This document shows, one piece after another, positions 43,516 to 57,050 of a DNA stretch of 64,000 nt. A program made the translations under genes and the position numbers. How positions within the stretch are numbered: position 1 is the first letter of the stretch; each line of letters starts with the position of its first letter. The stretch is taken from assembly GCA_964057225.1 (NCBI GenBank), contig OZ059896.1, positions 13,330,001 through 13,394,000 of the forward strand, in the 5' to 3' direction. Under the pieces are notes generated by a model that worked only from the letters and a program-made list of their open reading frames with translations, was not told the DNA's origin and ran no database searches. Source of the stretch: Auanema rhodensis (taxonomy: Eukaryota; Animalia; Nematoda).

Positions 43516-43981
43516 GGCAAAGATGATGCAAAAATTCCTAGAAGAACTTTGCATGAAGCTACCGGATAATTGGGAAAATATATGACAAACTCTTTTGCAT
43601 ATAACAGTTTGTAAACTTAATACAGCTCTAGATATAACGTAAAGCTAATTGGAAAGTAGCAATAATTAACTCTGGAAAACACTGGGTAGATAAAGCTAGT
43701 TAGTAGGTTATAATCAAAATAAATTTTATTTTGATTCTGAAGTAGAGAGAGAAGATGAAAAAAATACTTGACTAACTTCTATATCTATTAATAAATAACA
43801 TTTTTTAATAGAAAGAATTAATATTCTTATCTAATATTTAAAAAAAGTTAATTACTCCGTAATATTGATATGGAAAAGACAGTGAAATAACTACCTCTGA
43901 GGAAAAAATAAGCAAATTATTGAAAAACATTTCATTTTTTGACTTTAAAGAGAGTTTAACCTTGACTTTATCTTCAAGTGT

Positions 43982-46900
43982 TTAACACTTTTTTGGTAAA
44001 AGTTCGGCAAGAATTCGCCTTTGTGAATCTGATATTGGCAAAAGTTCCATATCAGGTGTTGATCTGATATAACTATTAATGGTTTCAGAATTTGCTGCAA
44101 CGAATAAGAGTTCCTTCAGAAGTGATGGATGTGATGGCTCTGATGTTGGTCGGATCATAGATAGCTGGGTCATCAGCTGCTTACGATCTTCGAAGTAACT
44201 ATAAACATTGTGACAAATTCCAACCAATGAAGATAACTCTTCCTGAAATTAAGAAAAATTGTTTGAAAGAAGGTTGAAAAGCAGTAGCTATACCTGAGCA
44301 ATGTTTGTACTAAGATAATTAGATAATATATCAATTTTAGAAGATAAATCCTGCTCCGTATCAGCAGATGATGCTGAATCACTGTCATCTTCTCTCTTTT
44401 CTTCAGCCTGAAATTTGTTTTTTTATAAAATATATTTGCATCAAATAAGCTACCTTGCTTGATTCTGATCCAAATGACATGTTGTGGTGCTCATTCTGCT
44501 GTGGAAGTAAGCTGGTCAAGCTTTCGAAAGGATTGGCAATCGGACTGTAAATGCTAATTTGAAGTTTTTTTCAAAAATGTTTATTTTGGCAGATTAAATT
44601 AATATGAAACTTAATAAATATTGTATAGTTAACTCACTTATTGAGCATCATCATAGCTCCAAATTGACGGATTTGAGATAGAATTTCAGGAATTAACTCG
44701 TTTTGAAAACTGCTTGAATATGGAAGATGATGGGATGGCTTGAGGAATCTGATAAGTTGACGAAATCCTGGCTTATCCACAATACTTGGAGATTGATGAT
44801 CCATGAGAATCATTAAAGCAATCTGAAATTCATAATGTGTTTAAAGAAAATTTATTTTTTTTTGTTTTATTTTTTTTTTATGAATACTTTTCGTACAAGT
44901 ACTGTAAAGTGAGGGAATTGTAAATTAGTTCGCCATTGTCATGCTAGTATTTCGTTTATCTTGATTCTCATGGACACCTCTTCCTAGACGATACCGAGAT
45001 CCGGAACTTGTTTCTGCTGTCTAGCCTACTTATCCTAGGTCTTCTTTCATCTTCGCCTTCCTGTTCATCGACTTGGCCATCTGATCACAGCTGACACGCG
45101 ATCATGTCTTTCTCTGTATAATGTTGAGACGTCAGAAGTTGGTAACTGGTCTTCTCTCGGACAATCGGCTTGTCGCAATTGCAACACCGTCAACGATGGA
45201 TTCATTGAATTGTAGAGAAAAAGATGCGAAGAACTGGTGAGGAAGAAAAAAGAGACGAAAAGACAAGATAGAAGAAGAGAAATGGGAGGAGAGAGAAATG
45301 ACCGTAGCCTGAAGGCTATCTGGAACCTAGCTAGCCATATATCGCTCCGAAAGAAGTGGATTTTAACCATCTTCAAACCGGAAAGCTTGTGAGATTCAAT
45401 GTCTTGTTCTGACGCAAGACGACTATGACCGATCTAAGTGCATTCGCTGACCAGACCTCGTCAAGTTCATTTAGAATGAAACGAGATTACAAGATTTCTT
45501 CACGGCTTCTTTCAAAATTTCAATATGTTTTCTCAAACTTTTTGCAATTCACCAAGTTATGAATGAAATCCATGTGATGATTGATTTTTAAAATATTAAA
45601 AAAGTCTCGTTGAAGAGAGAATTTACTTGTTTATGGTAAACTTCTATTCTATCTCTATAATCTGAGAGACAGGCAAGATGATGACAGCTTATGGCGAACA
45701 CATCCCTTGGTCAGATTCAGTTATTTCGCCATAATGGCTGGCATTCAGGAGAACAATTCATCAAACCGGTCTTTTCGATATAACCCTCCCTCTCCCCTGA
45801 GGCAACGACGTTGTGAACTTGTTCAGCGCCACATGTCCTCATCCTCACAAAACATTTTTGGATATCAATAAGTTATATTTTCAAATTCAACGAAATATAA
45901 ACATAATTCAATATTTGAGAAAAAAAAGTAAAAATACATACCTGCGCATTCAGTTTTTTTGATTCATCGTCTTCATCACCTAAAACTTTTTGTGATGTTT
46001 TAATTGAAGCAAAAGCAGAAGATTTATTGGTAAGATTAGTTGTTTGTTCTTGATCAATTGAATCTTCACTCTGAAACATTTGTTTTTACAAAAATGGAAC
46101 AAAAAAGAAAAAAAAACCTCTGTTCCAGTTTCATTCTTAACAACAAGCTTCACTGGCTTTGGGGCCGGTAAACCTTGAGGTACAATAAGCGGAGGCAATG
46201 GAGGTAGAGGAGCGAACATAGTCGATGAAGCAGTTGATGAAGCCGTATCTGATGCTGATGAAGATGCTGAACAAACTATATATGAGCATGATAACAGCAT
46301 TTCTTTTAAAATATACCGGAAGGACTTTTCTGTTCTGAATCTGTCTTTTTGATGTTCTGTCTTGAGTTGTTCATTGCATCAGAATTCATCTCTCTCAACA
46401 TCTGTACTTTAGCTTTTTCTTCTGAAATACAATATTTATATTTAAATTATACTAATTTCAGCTTTTATCTGTCAGGAAACAATAGATGGCCTTCAAAAGC
46501 CATTCCTGAACTGGCGTTCGGACATTCATTATCCAGGTGTTACCTCTATATCACCCAGTTCCATCTCGGACCACATGTGATTCTGTGATTTTCGGCTACG
46601 ACTGCCAGTTGGGTGTCATGAACATCTGTTCAAGATTTATTGGAATTTTTTGGATGAAAATTCAAAAATAGTATGTAACTGTTTATACAGAATATTGAGA
46701 TGTTTGTATGTAGTTCTTTTCAATGTATCTGTATGTTTGTCTGTTCATCTGCTAGCCTTCTGTTCTCTGTAGCTGGTTGCAAGTAGCCTTTAGAACACAG
46801 ACCGGTCCATTCTAATTGGAAGCAGTCGAAGAACGACGACACCAATGGGTGGATGACCATGAAGAAGGCAGAGAAGAAAAAGAAGAAGCATAATGTCAGA

Positions 46901-48537
46901 AAGAAGAATAAGAAGAACCCGTAGTAGTCTATTAATCTATCTGCAGCAGCACTCTTCAACACCATAATATAAGAGAAAAAGGTCGAATGAACGAACGGAC
47001 TTAACCAACTGGTCACTTCAGTTAAGTTATATGACATTTTAAGATTATATATCTTAATAAGTCTTTCCTATCTTTCAAATGTTTAAAGAAATCAAATAAT
47101 TTCTTGTATTGGAACGAACTCTTGAGAAACAACCTGATTACGAATTGTCCTTTTACGCCTTTTCTTTGCAAAAAACCTCGACAAAAGGTGACTTTTTTAG
47201 AAGAAAAAAACGACAAACTAACCCATTTTCATGAGCATGCAAGATTGGCGTGCTTCTTGTACAAGTTGATATTCGGCAACATGACAACTACGAAGATGTC
47301 GGATCATTCCAGTAGTGCTAAAAAAGAAAAAAAAAGTTATTTCCTTAATCTTATAAAGAGAGCAAGAAATGTTTTTTTCTCAAAGTGATAAGTTAAAGAC
47401 TGAGTTTTTGTAATTTCGGGTAAATGTTGAAAAAACGTCTGAACGATGGATAATATGACTAATGTTGAGAGACGTTATACTTACTGAGCTAAGAATAAAC
47501 CAAAAAAACTGAATTAAAAGCGGTATGATATAAGAGAAGAAATGACTCTTAATAGTTATTTCTAACCCCCCTATTCTATGTAAGATCTAAGATGAGATTT
47601 TTATGAATTTCAACACAATCTCGCCTATTTCTAACAATATTCCCTCTCTTTTATTAAGGTGATTAGCGAAAGAAACGAAAGAAAGAATTGTTATTGCTTT
47701 AACGGTTTTGTGGAATATTGAATCCGTGTAGTGGAATCAGTTATTGTTTTTTAAGTTAAATAGATATAAGGTATCCTGCTGCTCGAATGAGCATCAAAAG
47801 ATCTCAAGAATAGATGTTTTCGTGTGTTGGAATATTAGATGAGCGCTTCTTCTATCTCGATTTCCTATATCCTACCAACTCTTCTTCGTTCATTCTTCTC
47901 TTTTTGCTCTCTCATTTTCATCTTTCTGTTCCTTTTTGGTATTCCAGGTTTACCTTTTGGTGTTCATAACCATATATGCACCTTTAGCGTTATTGGAATA
48001 ACAAGATACAGTAGTAAGAATAATATATTTTTTTTTGAAAAAATTAGTTGGAAAACAAAAAATAAGAAAAAATATTTAGTTTCAATACTTTTTTTGATTG
48101 AGATAGTATAAAGCCTCACCTGCTATTAGTGGCTTTAATCTTCTTTCTGCAAATTCGACATTCGGCAGCTTGTTCAGGAGTGGGCAATTCATCAAAAAAC
48201 CTCCAAACTTTGGCGGTTTTCATAGTGGATCCGCCGACTCGTTTACGTCCATTTGGATATATTGTGGGCTACAGTAGTATTATTACTTCAGCTTCATATC
48301 TTTATCTCGGCTTACCGTTTTCGGAGATTTCGATGGTGCATCAAGTTGATTTTGGACCAACTGATGTGCTTGTAGAGCAGCTACCTGACTTTGAAGCATA
48401 TTTTGAAAATGAGGTGATTGAAGTAAATGTGCCAGCGATGGTGATGGTGTAACCAAAGGAGATCGTAATTGGGAAGCAGCAAAAGCAGCAAAAGCGGATG
48501 GCAGTGTCTGAACTGCACTCGGTGTCATCGGCAACAT
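43982..48537 (-). CDS. bed-3: BED zinc-finger transcription factor
   Basis: Exons 48537-48316, 48268-48120 and 47317-47223, plus an exon starting at 46421, give RKRVGGSTMKTAKVWRFFDELPTPEQAAECRICRKKIKATNSSTTGMIRHLRSCH..EEKAKVQMLREMN..SASSSASDTASS. Later exons give IALMILMDHQSPSIVDKPGFR and YIRSTPDMELLP. Stop at 43982. The true start may lie in an upstream exon (see findings). Confidence 0.9.
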
Positions 48538-51500
48538 TGCACCTGAAGGTAAAAGTTGTAAATCGAGTAAAAAAAAGAATAGAATGACAATGAGATTGAG
48601 AAAGTATTTGAAAGTAGGTCATTAGATAATAAGGTTTAAAGAAGAGGATTATGATAAATCCGAGAAAGGGAGAGAAAGAGAGATGAAGTAGAAATGAAGT
48701 CAGGAGATTTGGATATTGGTATTGGTAACTCATTAGTCAAAGAAAAACCTTTAGAGATCATGAAAGGTAAATGCCGTACTTAGTTTATTTAGTCATAAAG
48801 GAATAAATGGCGTTCAAGTGATAGATGAACTTTTAAAAAATTTCTTTTCGTAGAGTTAAGTCGGCAAAAATTGAAAAATAAAAAAATTGAAATCGGAAAG
48901 GTTGTAGAAAGAACTAAGAGAGAGAGAAGGAGAGCAAGATATTGAGAGAGAAAAAGAAAAAAAGATAAAGAGAGAGAGGGGAAGAAATACGATCTGCTTT
49001 AAAATTTCAAAAAATTCATTAAAAGAGAAGAAGTTGGGAAAAATGAAAATGAAAAAAGGAATATATTGGCTAGAAGATCGTTTGGTTATGACAATGTTCA
49101 CAAAAACGAGTGAATGGCTTGGGAATTTTCTTTTCAAGTATGGTTTATAAAATTCTAAAAAAAGGGTTTCTGCTGCACAGAAAGGAAGAAGAGTGAAAAA
49201 AAAGGAAAAGAGTTGAAAAAATGGGAATTGATCGAAGAAAAGAAGGAGCTCTCTCTCGAGCAAAACTGTACGAGCAATAGAATCCAGAGTCGGAATTGAA
49301 ACAAAATGAGAAACAAAAGCGTTTTTAACGACAAAAAAGATAAATAAACTTGAAGAAGAAAAGAGAGGAAAAGAAAAGACAGCATAACTCTTTTCAATAA
49401 AGGAAGTTTCGAATAAGAATATAGACTGCAGTTCCAAAGGCTAAAAATAAATTTTCAGCTTGAAAGTTTGAACCAAAAGGGACTGCTAGGAGGAACCTAT
49501 GTTAATGGCGAACACAAGAGATGTAAGGCAAGAGGAAGGGGGCGTCTACAGACCCGAAGAATCGACAGGGGGCGTGTCCAGAAAATACAAGGTAGTGATG
49601 TAGAGAGGAGGGATGATTCTGATGACCAGATAGATGTCGAGTAGAGTGAGAAGAACATTAATGAAAATTACTTCATATAGAGCCCATGTGATCTTTAGAT
49701 ACACTTATGCTTAGTGGGAGTATTTGAAATTCGACAGGATAGACTGCGTAGGACTTAGATGTGGAAGAATTTGAATTTCCTACGAAATATGGGCAGAATG
49801 CTTTTGGAGGCAAGATTTCCAAAAGAGAGATATTGTATTGGAAAGCTGGAGTCTAGCCGATGGTGTCCACCCACCGTCCACCCCCAGGGAATGTACAAAC
49901 GGGTTCTTCAATCTGCGAACGGCATCAGTCACTGTATTTGGAAAAGAGAGAGGAAGTGTCTACAGTTTCTTCTTCTTTTTCTTCATCGGCCGCATTGTTA
50001 TAATCAGCAACCTCTCTATTATCCTCTCTCTCTCTTCATCTTTCTCACCCTAATATACTCTCTTACTATATTTTTCTCTCGGTCTATCTTTACATAAAAA
50101 TATTTTATCTCAATACTCTTTAGAGACATGCGAAATACACAAATAGCAATAGCTAGCTAGCATAGAGCTAGATTTGGTAAGACAGGAAAATGATACACAC
50201 ATGTATATTGAAAGTGGCAATGAAGATACAGTAAAAAAGGAAGAAGCTAGATTCAAATGGACTATGGCAACACGAGACCAAGCTTTTATCAGAAACTGGA
50301 TGTGATTGAATTGAAAGAAGTAGAGATGCGATGAATACTTGGCTTATCTTTGCACTTAAATTCATGATTTACTAATATCTTTCAACTGAAACATGTGGCT
50401 TTTCCTAAAAAGCCTTCATCTTAATGGTCATAAAGATTCTATCAAAAATGATCTTAAGGATTTCAATAGCTTTTGGAAACGGTGGAATGACCGGATTGAT
50501 CCGTAGGAACGTACACTGATTTGGAACGAAATAACTAAGAATAGCCTCTCAGAGGACGCCCGTGCTTGATCTGACTTCAGTTAAGCAAGGACAAACTAGC
50601 CCTAGGCAAATTCGCCCTCTCTTACAGTCTTGGTCACACTCTCTGTCAATCTCAACTATCTCGTCCCTCAAACTTCCACCGGTCTTTTATTTAGAGTTTT
50701 CCATTTATCCTTGTTTAAATACATACAACATACTTTCTGGACTTTTAAAACAGTTTTCCAGCTGAGAAGTCCATTTCAATAGTGTTCGACAGTCATCTAC
50801 GCCATACTTTTTCTCGACGATGTCCCATTTGAGAGCCGGTCCTCGTCGTACTCCCAATAATGCCCAACGAAGGCTCGTTCTCCTGTTAGCCATTTTCACA
50901 AAGCGAATGCTTAATCTGGCATCTACATACATACGCAATACAAAAGAAACGAACATGAAAATCATACTGCTTCGACTAGTTTTCAGAACACTATAAACAT
51001 CATCTTCTCTCTTATTAAGACATATTTTTTGTTGTTTCAATGGCATGATGAAGAAGCTTGATGCACATCACATTCCCCCCACTCTTCTTCTTTTATAAGT
51101 AACCTTGGATGGCGTCATATCAGTCAAACTGTTGTCTTTGGATCAAAACTTTATCCTAGACGATCCATGTATGCCGCTGACTTGAACAACAGGGAGATAA
51201 TGACCGAAAAGGGGCTAGTGGTTGAAAGCCGTCTAGCCAGCAGATAATGAGAAGAAACATTAAATGAACAACAACGTGCACGACGAAGAGAGTACAGACT
51301 GGACGAATAGAGAATAGTTGAACGAGATGGATACGGTGAGAACAAGGGATCACTAAATGAAGAAGAGAAGGACAGCGAAAGATCACAGGAAATGAGAGGA
51401 TAGTGAGAAAAAAAAGATAGAGAACTGGCTATTAGAAAGGCAGAAAAGCAACCGGGGGTCCAGCACGAGGATGATTGTAAATGGTAGAAAAGGATGATGC

Positions 51501-54500
51501 AGATGAGACACATACAAGATATATCACGTTAAAGCATTACGCAACTAAATAAAAGAAGATCACGACAACATAAGAAGAAAAAGAAGCAATAGTGGACAGA
51601 TTGCCTAAGGGGATAAATGACAGATACAAGAAGCCTAAGAAGAATCATTTATTGAAGAAATAAGCAAAAGAATGAGAGAAGAGATCTAGGGATGCTTCGA
51701 ATCGAATTTTCCTATTTGGAATACTTCTGTCAATCGTTGATTTCAAGAAATTCTTTAAGCAATATCTGATAATATAACTAAGAAAAGATTAAATTGATTT
51801 CAGAACTGTAGAAAGTGTTTCTGAAACAAGGGAAAGAAAGGCAAAACGTTAGTCTGACTCATAAGTTGCAAAAAAACTTTTCTCGGCCATTCAACTCTTC
51901 TTTTTCTGTTGGTCAGTCATAGCATTTGACCACTAACAACAAGTGAAATTTGTACATTGCTGTAGATAACACATTGTTTCTTTTGCGAAAAAAGTACGAA
52001 ATTTCATGAAAAAAAAAGTTGTCGAGAGAACGATCTTGAAGATGAGTGGAATAGATGTTAATAGACTGAATATTGTTTTCGTGTTTCTTTTGCAATCCTT
52101 GCCAATAATTAGTCCAACAAGCGAACCGGAAACCAAACTATAACTATGAAACAGAATTCAGGACAGTCGGTTGTTCGTTCGTAGTCTTTATATGGCAATG
52201 AGTTTTCAGGCTAATGTACTCATTGTGTATTTCTTTCTCTCCCTCTCACTGTTCCTTTCACCGTTTCTGTCATTCTTTCCGATGATGGACATCGTTGCCA
52301 GCTGTCCTCAAATAACACGATGCACAAGTCTGCCTGGCCTTCTGCCATTCCAATACATAGTAAGTCTCTGATCTGGTAATACGAAGATGGTAAAAGATGG
52401 ACTGAGGCAATATGAGAGGAAGAGAAAACGAGAGACGAAAAGAGGGAAATGACTGAAAATGGTTAGGTGACCTGAATCCCTCTAATTCGGATGGATAAGT
52501 CCTTTTATGGGCAGACAAAGTCTCGCACCTCCAGCCCTTTGAGTCCGGGAAGGATTAGCTGGTCACGAAACGAAAAGTGCCAGTTCTGACAAGATCTTCC
52601 GTTTGGAAGGGCCAAAAGTTGGATTTCAAGAACCTAAATGCTCATGAGAAATGAGTTGACTGTATGAATGAAATCTTTAGACGTTGTTTAACAGTTTAAG
52701 CGCAATCAAATAAGAAATTAGAAGTGGAAGCGTCGTTTTAGAAAATGGCAAATTGAGGAAAAACATAATAGTCGAAAAAGAAAAAGAGAATGAATTTGAA
52801 AGAAATGTCTAATTTCAGAAGCGAAAGGTTCAAAAGGCAAGTCTGTTTGGTAAGAGAAGAGGGAAGAGAGCAGATGTGTCACTCATCCATCGGCTGGCAG
52901 AAATGATGTAGAAGCAAAGGAAAAGATGATGATGATGTTTAAAAAGGTAGCCTTTATTGGAGTTTTGAAAATCCTCTATGTAAGGTCGGGCAGCTGTCGA
53001 TATGAACAAGAAACAAGGCAAAGAGCAGGTGGTTGTAGTTGACAGTCTTAACAGTTATTGAGTTTCTGGAAAAAAATGTTCGAAAATTTGAAATAATTTT
53101 CAAAGTAGTTTACAATGCATATAATTGTTTAATAGAGAAAGAGAGTACAAGAAAGATTTTAATTTTTAAAGAAATGATGTAACACTAGGCTGAGACAGGT
53201 ACGAAGATGTTGTTTAGAACAAAAAGTTGAAAAGAAGTATGAATATAGTATAAAGAAGGAAAAGAAAAGTTTCATTCAATCGTGAAATAAGTATGTTGAA
53301 AAGCTGTTACTGAACAACTTACGGTAAACACACAAAGCTAATAGAATTATTCAAAAGGTTTCAAAACAGAAAAAAAGCTGAAAAGCTTATTATCAAAACA
53401 AGTGAGAAGCTGATGATGATACTACACCTAACTTTAAGCGAAAGAGCTTGAGACATGGATTGAAAGAATATTCAAAACCTTAAAATATCACATCGAATTA
53501 GAAAAATAGTGGAAGATTGACAAGGTTGAAACAACAACGAGAATAGATTAGATCGGTACGAACGACAGAGTGATTATAATTTCTAAACTTAATGACAATA
53601 CCAAATAGAAAAAATGAACGATAAGTTAAAAAAAAAAGTTTATAATAGATAAAATGAAGAGAAAAAAAAAATTTTCTTTTGGAATCATTCTTCTATATAG
53701 ATTTGTAGGTAGAGAGAGAAAGAGAAAGAGATTGAATTGAATAAAAGAAAAAGAGCATGAACATAGATACATACATATGGTAATTATCCACTCAATAGAT
53801 GATGTAAACGAAAAAAAGAAAGAACATATTCATAAATGGACATCGAAAGAAGATGAAGTCAAAAGACGATAAATAGACGTCTAACCATACTATTATCTTG
53901 TCAAAAGATTCAAGTAATTTCACGGGAATTCAAAGAAAATTTGTCTCAGACGAACAACCTTTGCAGAATGAAGGTTTTCTTTGAGTAGCTATTCAAACAA
54001 ATCCAAATATTACTGGAAGTTATATGTATCAAACGTTAGAATACTGATAACATCATGATTGATAAGAATAAACCAAATGGGTGGTTTAGTGAACGAATGC
54101 GGATGGCTTGTCTGAAATAACACTGTTGGTTTCACCGGAACAGTGATTGGGACGAAATTCCTCAGATGCGTTTTGGTAATGGTATTTGCGGCTCTCCCTC
54201 TTTCTCTCTCTCAACATTTTGTGAGGATACTGAAAGATAAATGGACATGATGAACGATGAGCTTTGTGTTGTCACATGGCTGGCTCCATATACTGTCAGA
54301 ATTCTTTCTCTGCATCTTTCACTTTTCAAAGATCTCTCATACTCTCACCCTGTCTGCTCAGTAGTGACTCTATACCTCTCTCTATGCTCGTCTATGTCTC
54401 TATCTCCCATCCTCTCTAAAAGTATGCATCCCGACAAAGAGTCATTAGAGTCCTACGGCTGAGATCAATCCTTCGACAATTTAAATCACAAATCTCACGG

Positions 54501-57000
54501 TATGTCTGTCAACGAGTATGGGGACCAGGCAAATTTTCCTAAGTAGCAAAAGCAACGAGGATTGAGAGAAAAGTCTTCTAAATAGCCGCAGATTTGGACG
54601 ATCGGGAAAGACAAAACGATTAGGCTGTAAAAAGCCGACAGAAGATGATCTGATTGAAATGAACTTAGTTTATAGCTTGAATACAAGGGAATACTTATAA
54701 TTGCTAGAAATTTTGGCATGGAACAAATGGATAATAATGATGATCAAACTGCCCCTCCAATCGGTCTCAGTACGATTATGACCATTTGAGCTAGTGTACT
54801 GACCCAAATTCTCTATGGATAGCAATCATTTACCAGAATAAGCCGGTACCAGCCAGTGACTGATTATAATGCCTTCTGGTAACAAATACACGAGATTTTT
54901 CCTCACTATCTAATTCTTTCTGTCCCTTTGCAAAGGATTTCAAACAACCTCAAACTCATGAACGTAAACGGGTCAAGCTAAGCCGGATATGGTTTTCCTA
55001 TGAGAATTTTCAAAGACCGACATTGCCTAACCAATGACAGCAAAGACACATTGTACTTTCCATCTGACTTGTTCCATAAGAAATTTTAAAACTTCTGAAG
55101 GTAACGGTAATAGAGCGAAGGCTAAGAGAAAATAAAGACAACGATTCGCTTTCGTAACAGCAGAGGAAAAAGACGACGACTATGATGAGAATATCGTATG
55201 AAAGTGATGAATGAGCATAAAATGCTAAAAGCAAAGTAAATGTTCGTTAGCAATGAGACTCATAACTCGAAGACGATGTTTCCCGAAAATGGTCGTTGAA
55301 GGACAATGGCTTACTGTTGTTCTCTAGTTGAGAGATAGACAAAATGTCTGAGTTAGATGTGGTAAAAAGAGAGAGGAGAAACAAAATAACGAGTGTAGGG
55401 GGTAAAGGGGAAGGAAAGGGGAGGAGGTGTTGGTTGAGGAAGAGTGGGTGATACAGTAAAAGGAAAGAGAAGTGATTATCCAAAAAAAGGAGAGGGAAAA
55501 GAATTTAAACTTTGGATAAAGGAAATGTTTAGCTCGTGTTCATTCAACAGGAACAAAGTAACGGTTTCATTCATTTGGATTGACTTCTACAGGTGGTCTA
55601 TCAGAATCTTCAACTTATTCTAAATTCTCCTAAAATATTGTGAAAGAGGGGAACAGGAGAAACATAGTTAAAAAGATTGGAAAATGAAATGTTTCACTAT
55701 AAATATAACTAAAAAGAATTTACAATGTTTATAGTCAAAGAATAGTCATTAATAATAATCTAAATCATCCGAAGTTATTATAAATTTTCGAATTATATTT
55801 ATTATGACTTGTAACATCATCTTCTTTATAGTTTTACGATTTGTTATATTATATTATCACAACTTTCATTTATTTTTATTATTATAAGCATATGAGACAC
55901 GTTTTTAACAATATAAACTTTAGAACAAACTAAGACTAATGATTGAATAGTTTTAATCAAAATATGTCATTTGAATATATTACGTTTTAGTCTTTCATAT
56001 TATTATGTGGCACCGAAGGAAAAAGAAAACCTTAAGGGTACACGAAGAATCTCGATCCTGAACTGTTCATGGATGTCAAATCTTTTAAAAGTAGGTCATG
56101 AAAGTGGATATGGAAGGATGCCCTGCGAGTTCACTGATGCGAGACAACTGGCACATTGTTCCCACAATCAGGTCATAGTTACAACAACATATCGTTGTCG
56201 ACGTCATCCTGGTCATTATCAAGAACCGTATGCTATTTCAAATATTATTCATGAAATATAAACCAAAATGAAAGTGAATTTTATAGAGTTCAAACATAAA
56301 ATTGTTGTCATTAACAAAGTATTACCTAGTTTACGGTAGTAAACATAAAGCCAGAGACATGAAACTTTTCCCATTAGTATGTATCATGATGGAAACGTTA
56401 GAGAACCCTGTCCGTCTTTCACTTCCTTACCGAGGAACAGATGTCATTAGTCAGTTCTTGTCCTTGTACAATGCCTTTTCTATCTGAAACGATTCATGTA
56501 CTTCCACAATCATTGCCAAAATTAAAAAGATCGTTCATCCATCCATCAGATTCTCGCAAAACGAAATTCTGTCACCTAGAAGACTCTTCACCAAAGAAAT
56601 TCAAATTCAAACTACGTCAAATAAATATCTCACGTAATTTGCATTCTCACGTTTCACGTATATGAGTGGTGATATTCATTTGTACTATAGATGTATAACA
56701 GAGCGGTTGTAAAAGCTATATTGGACTTTTTTCCTAATTCATAACCACCTCGTTCAAGCAGTTTTTTAGAAGATGAGGATTTTAAGAAAAGTTGAAATAC
56801 ACGGGATGTCCAAAAAAAATATTTTAAACTCAAGATCAAATACTCATATTAATCTTGCGTCTCTGAATATGGCATCAACGTTCATTAACAGAAAATTTTT
56901 GAAATTTGAATAAATGATGACATTTCATTTGATGTTAAAAGGTTTTCGTATTGTCATTATTCTTTTTCACTCATCTAAATTGTTCTCTTTTGGTCATTAC

Positions 57001-57050
57001 CGGCCATATCATTACTCTTCTTCTGTACGTTGTACAAAACCCTCTTGGCG
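57001..57050 (-). other. Candidate distal first exon of bed-3 (ends ATG GCC G)
   Basis: Bounded by a TTTTTCAG acceptor and a GTAATG donor. Its phase-1 end joins in frame to the CCTTCAG|GT GCA ATG acceptor at 48542. Confidence 0.4.

Noticed and set aside
45671-45691. AGGCAAGATGATGACAGC, similar to miR-72/miR-31
   Set aside because: No complementary arm forming a proper pre-miRNA hairpin.
47223-48268. BED finger as evidence of a hAT transposon
   Set aside because: Multi-intron host gene with no DDE catalytic domain, terminal inverted repeats or target-site duplication seen.
51601-51640. GCCTAAG and AAGCCTAAG telomere-like words
   Set aside because: Isolated, not tandem, and with no supporting RNA structure.
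48856-55483. Long Phe/Leu/Ser-rich ORFs (e.g. 48856..49437, 51151..51513)
   Set aside because: Produced by GA/CT strand-biased low-complexity DNA, with no motifs or coherent exon structure.
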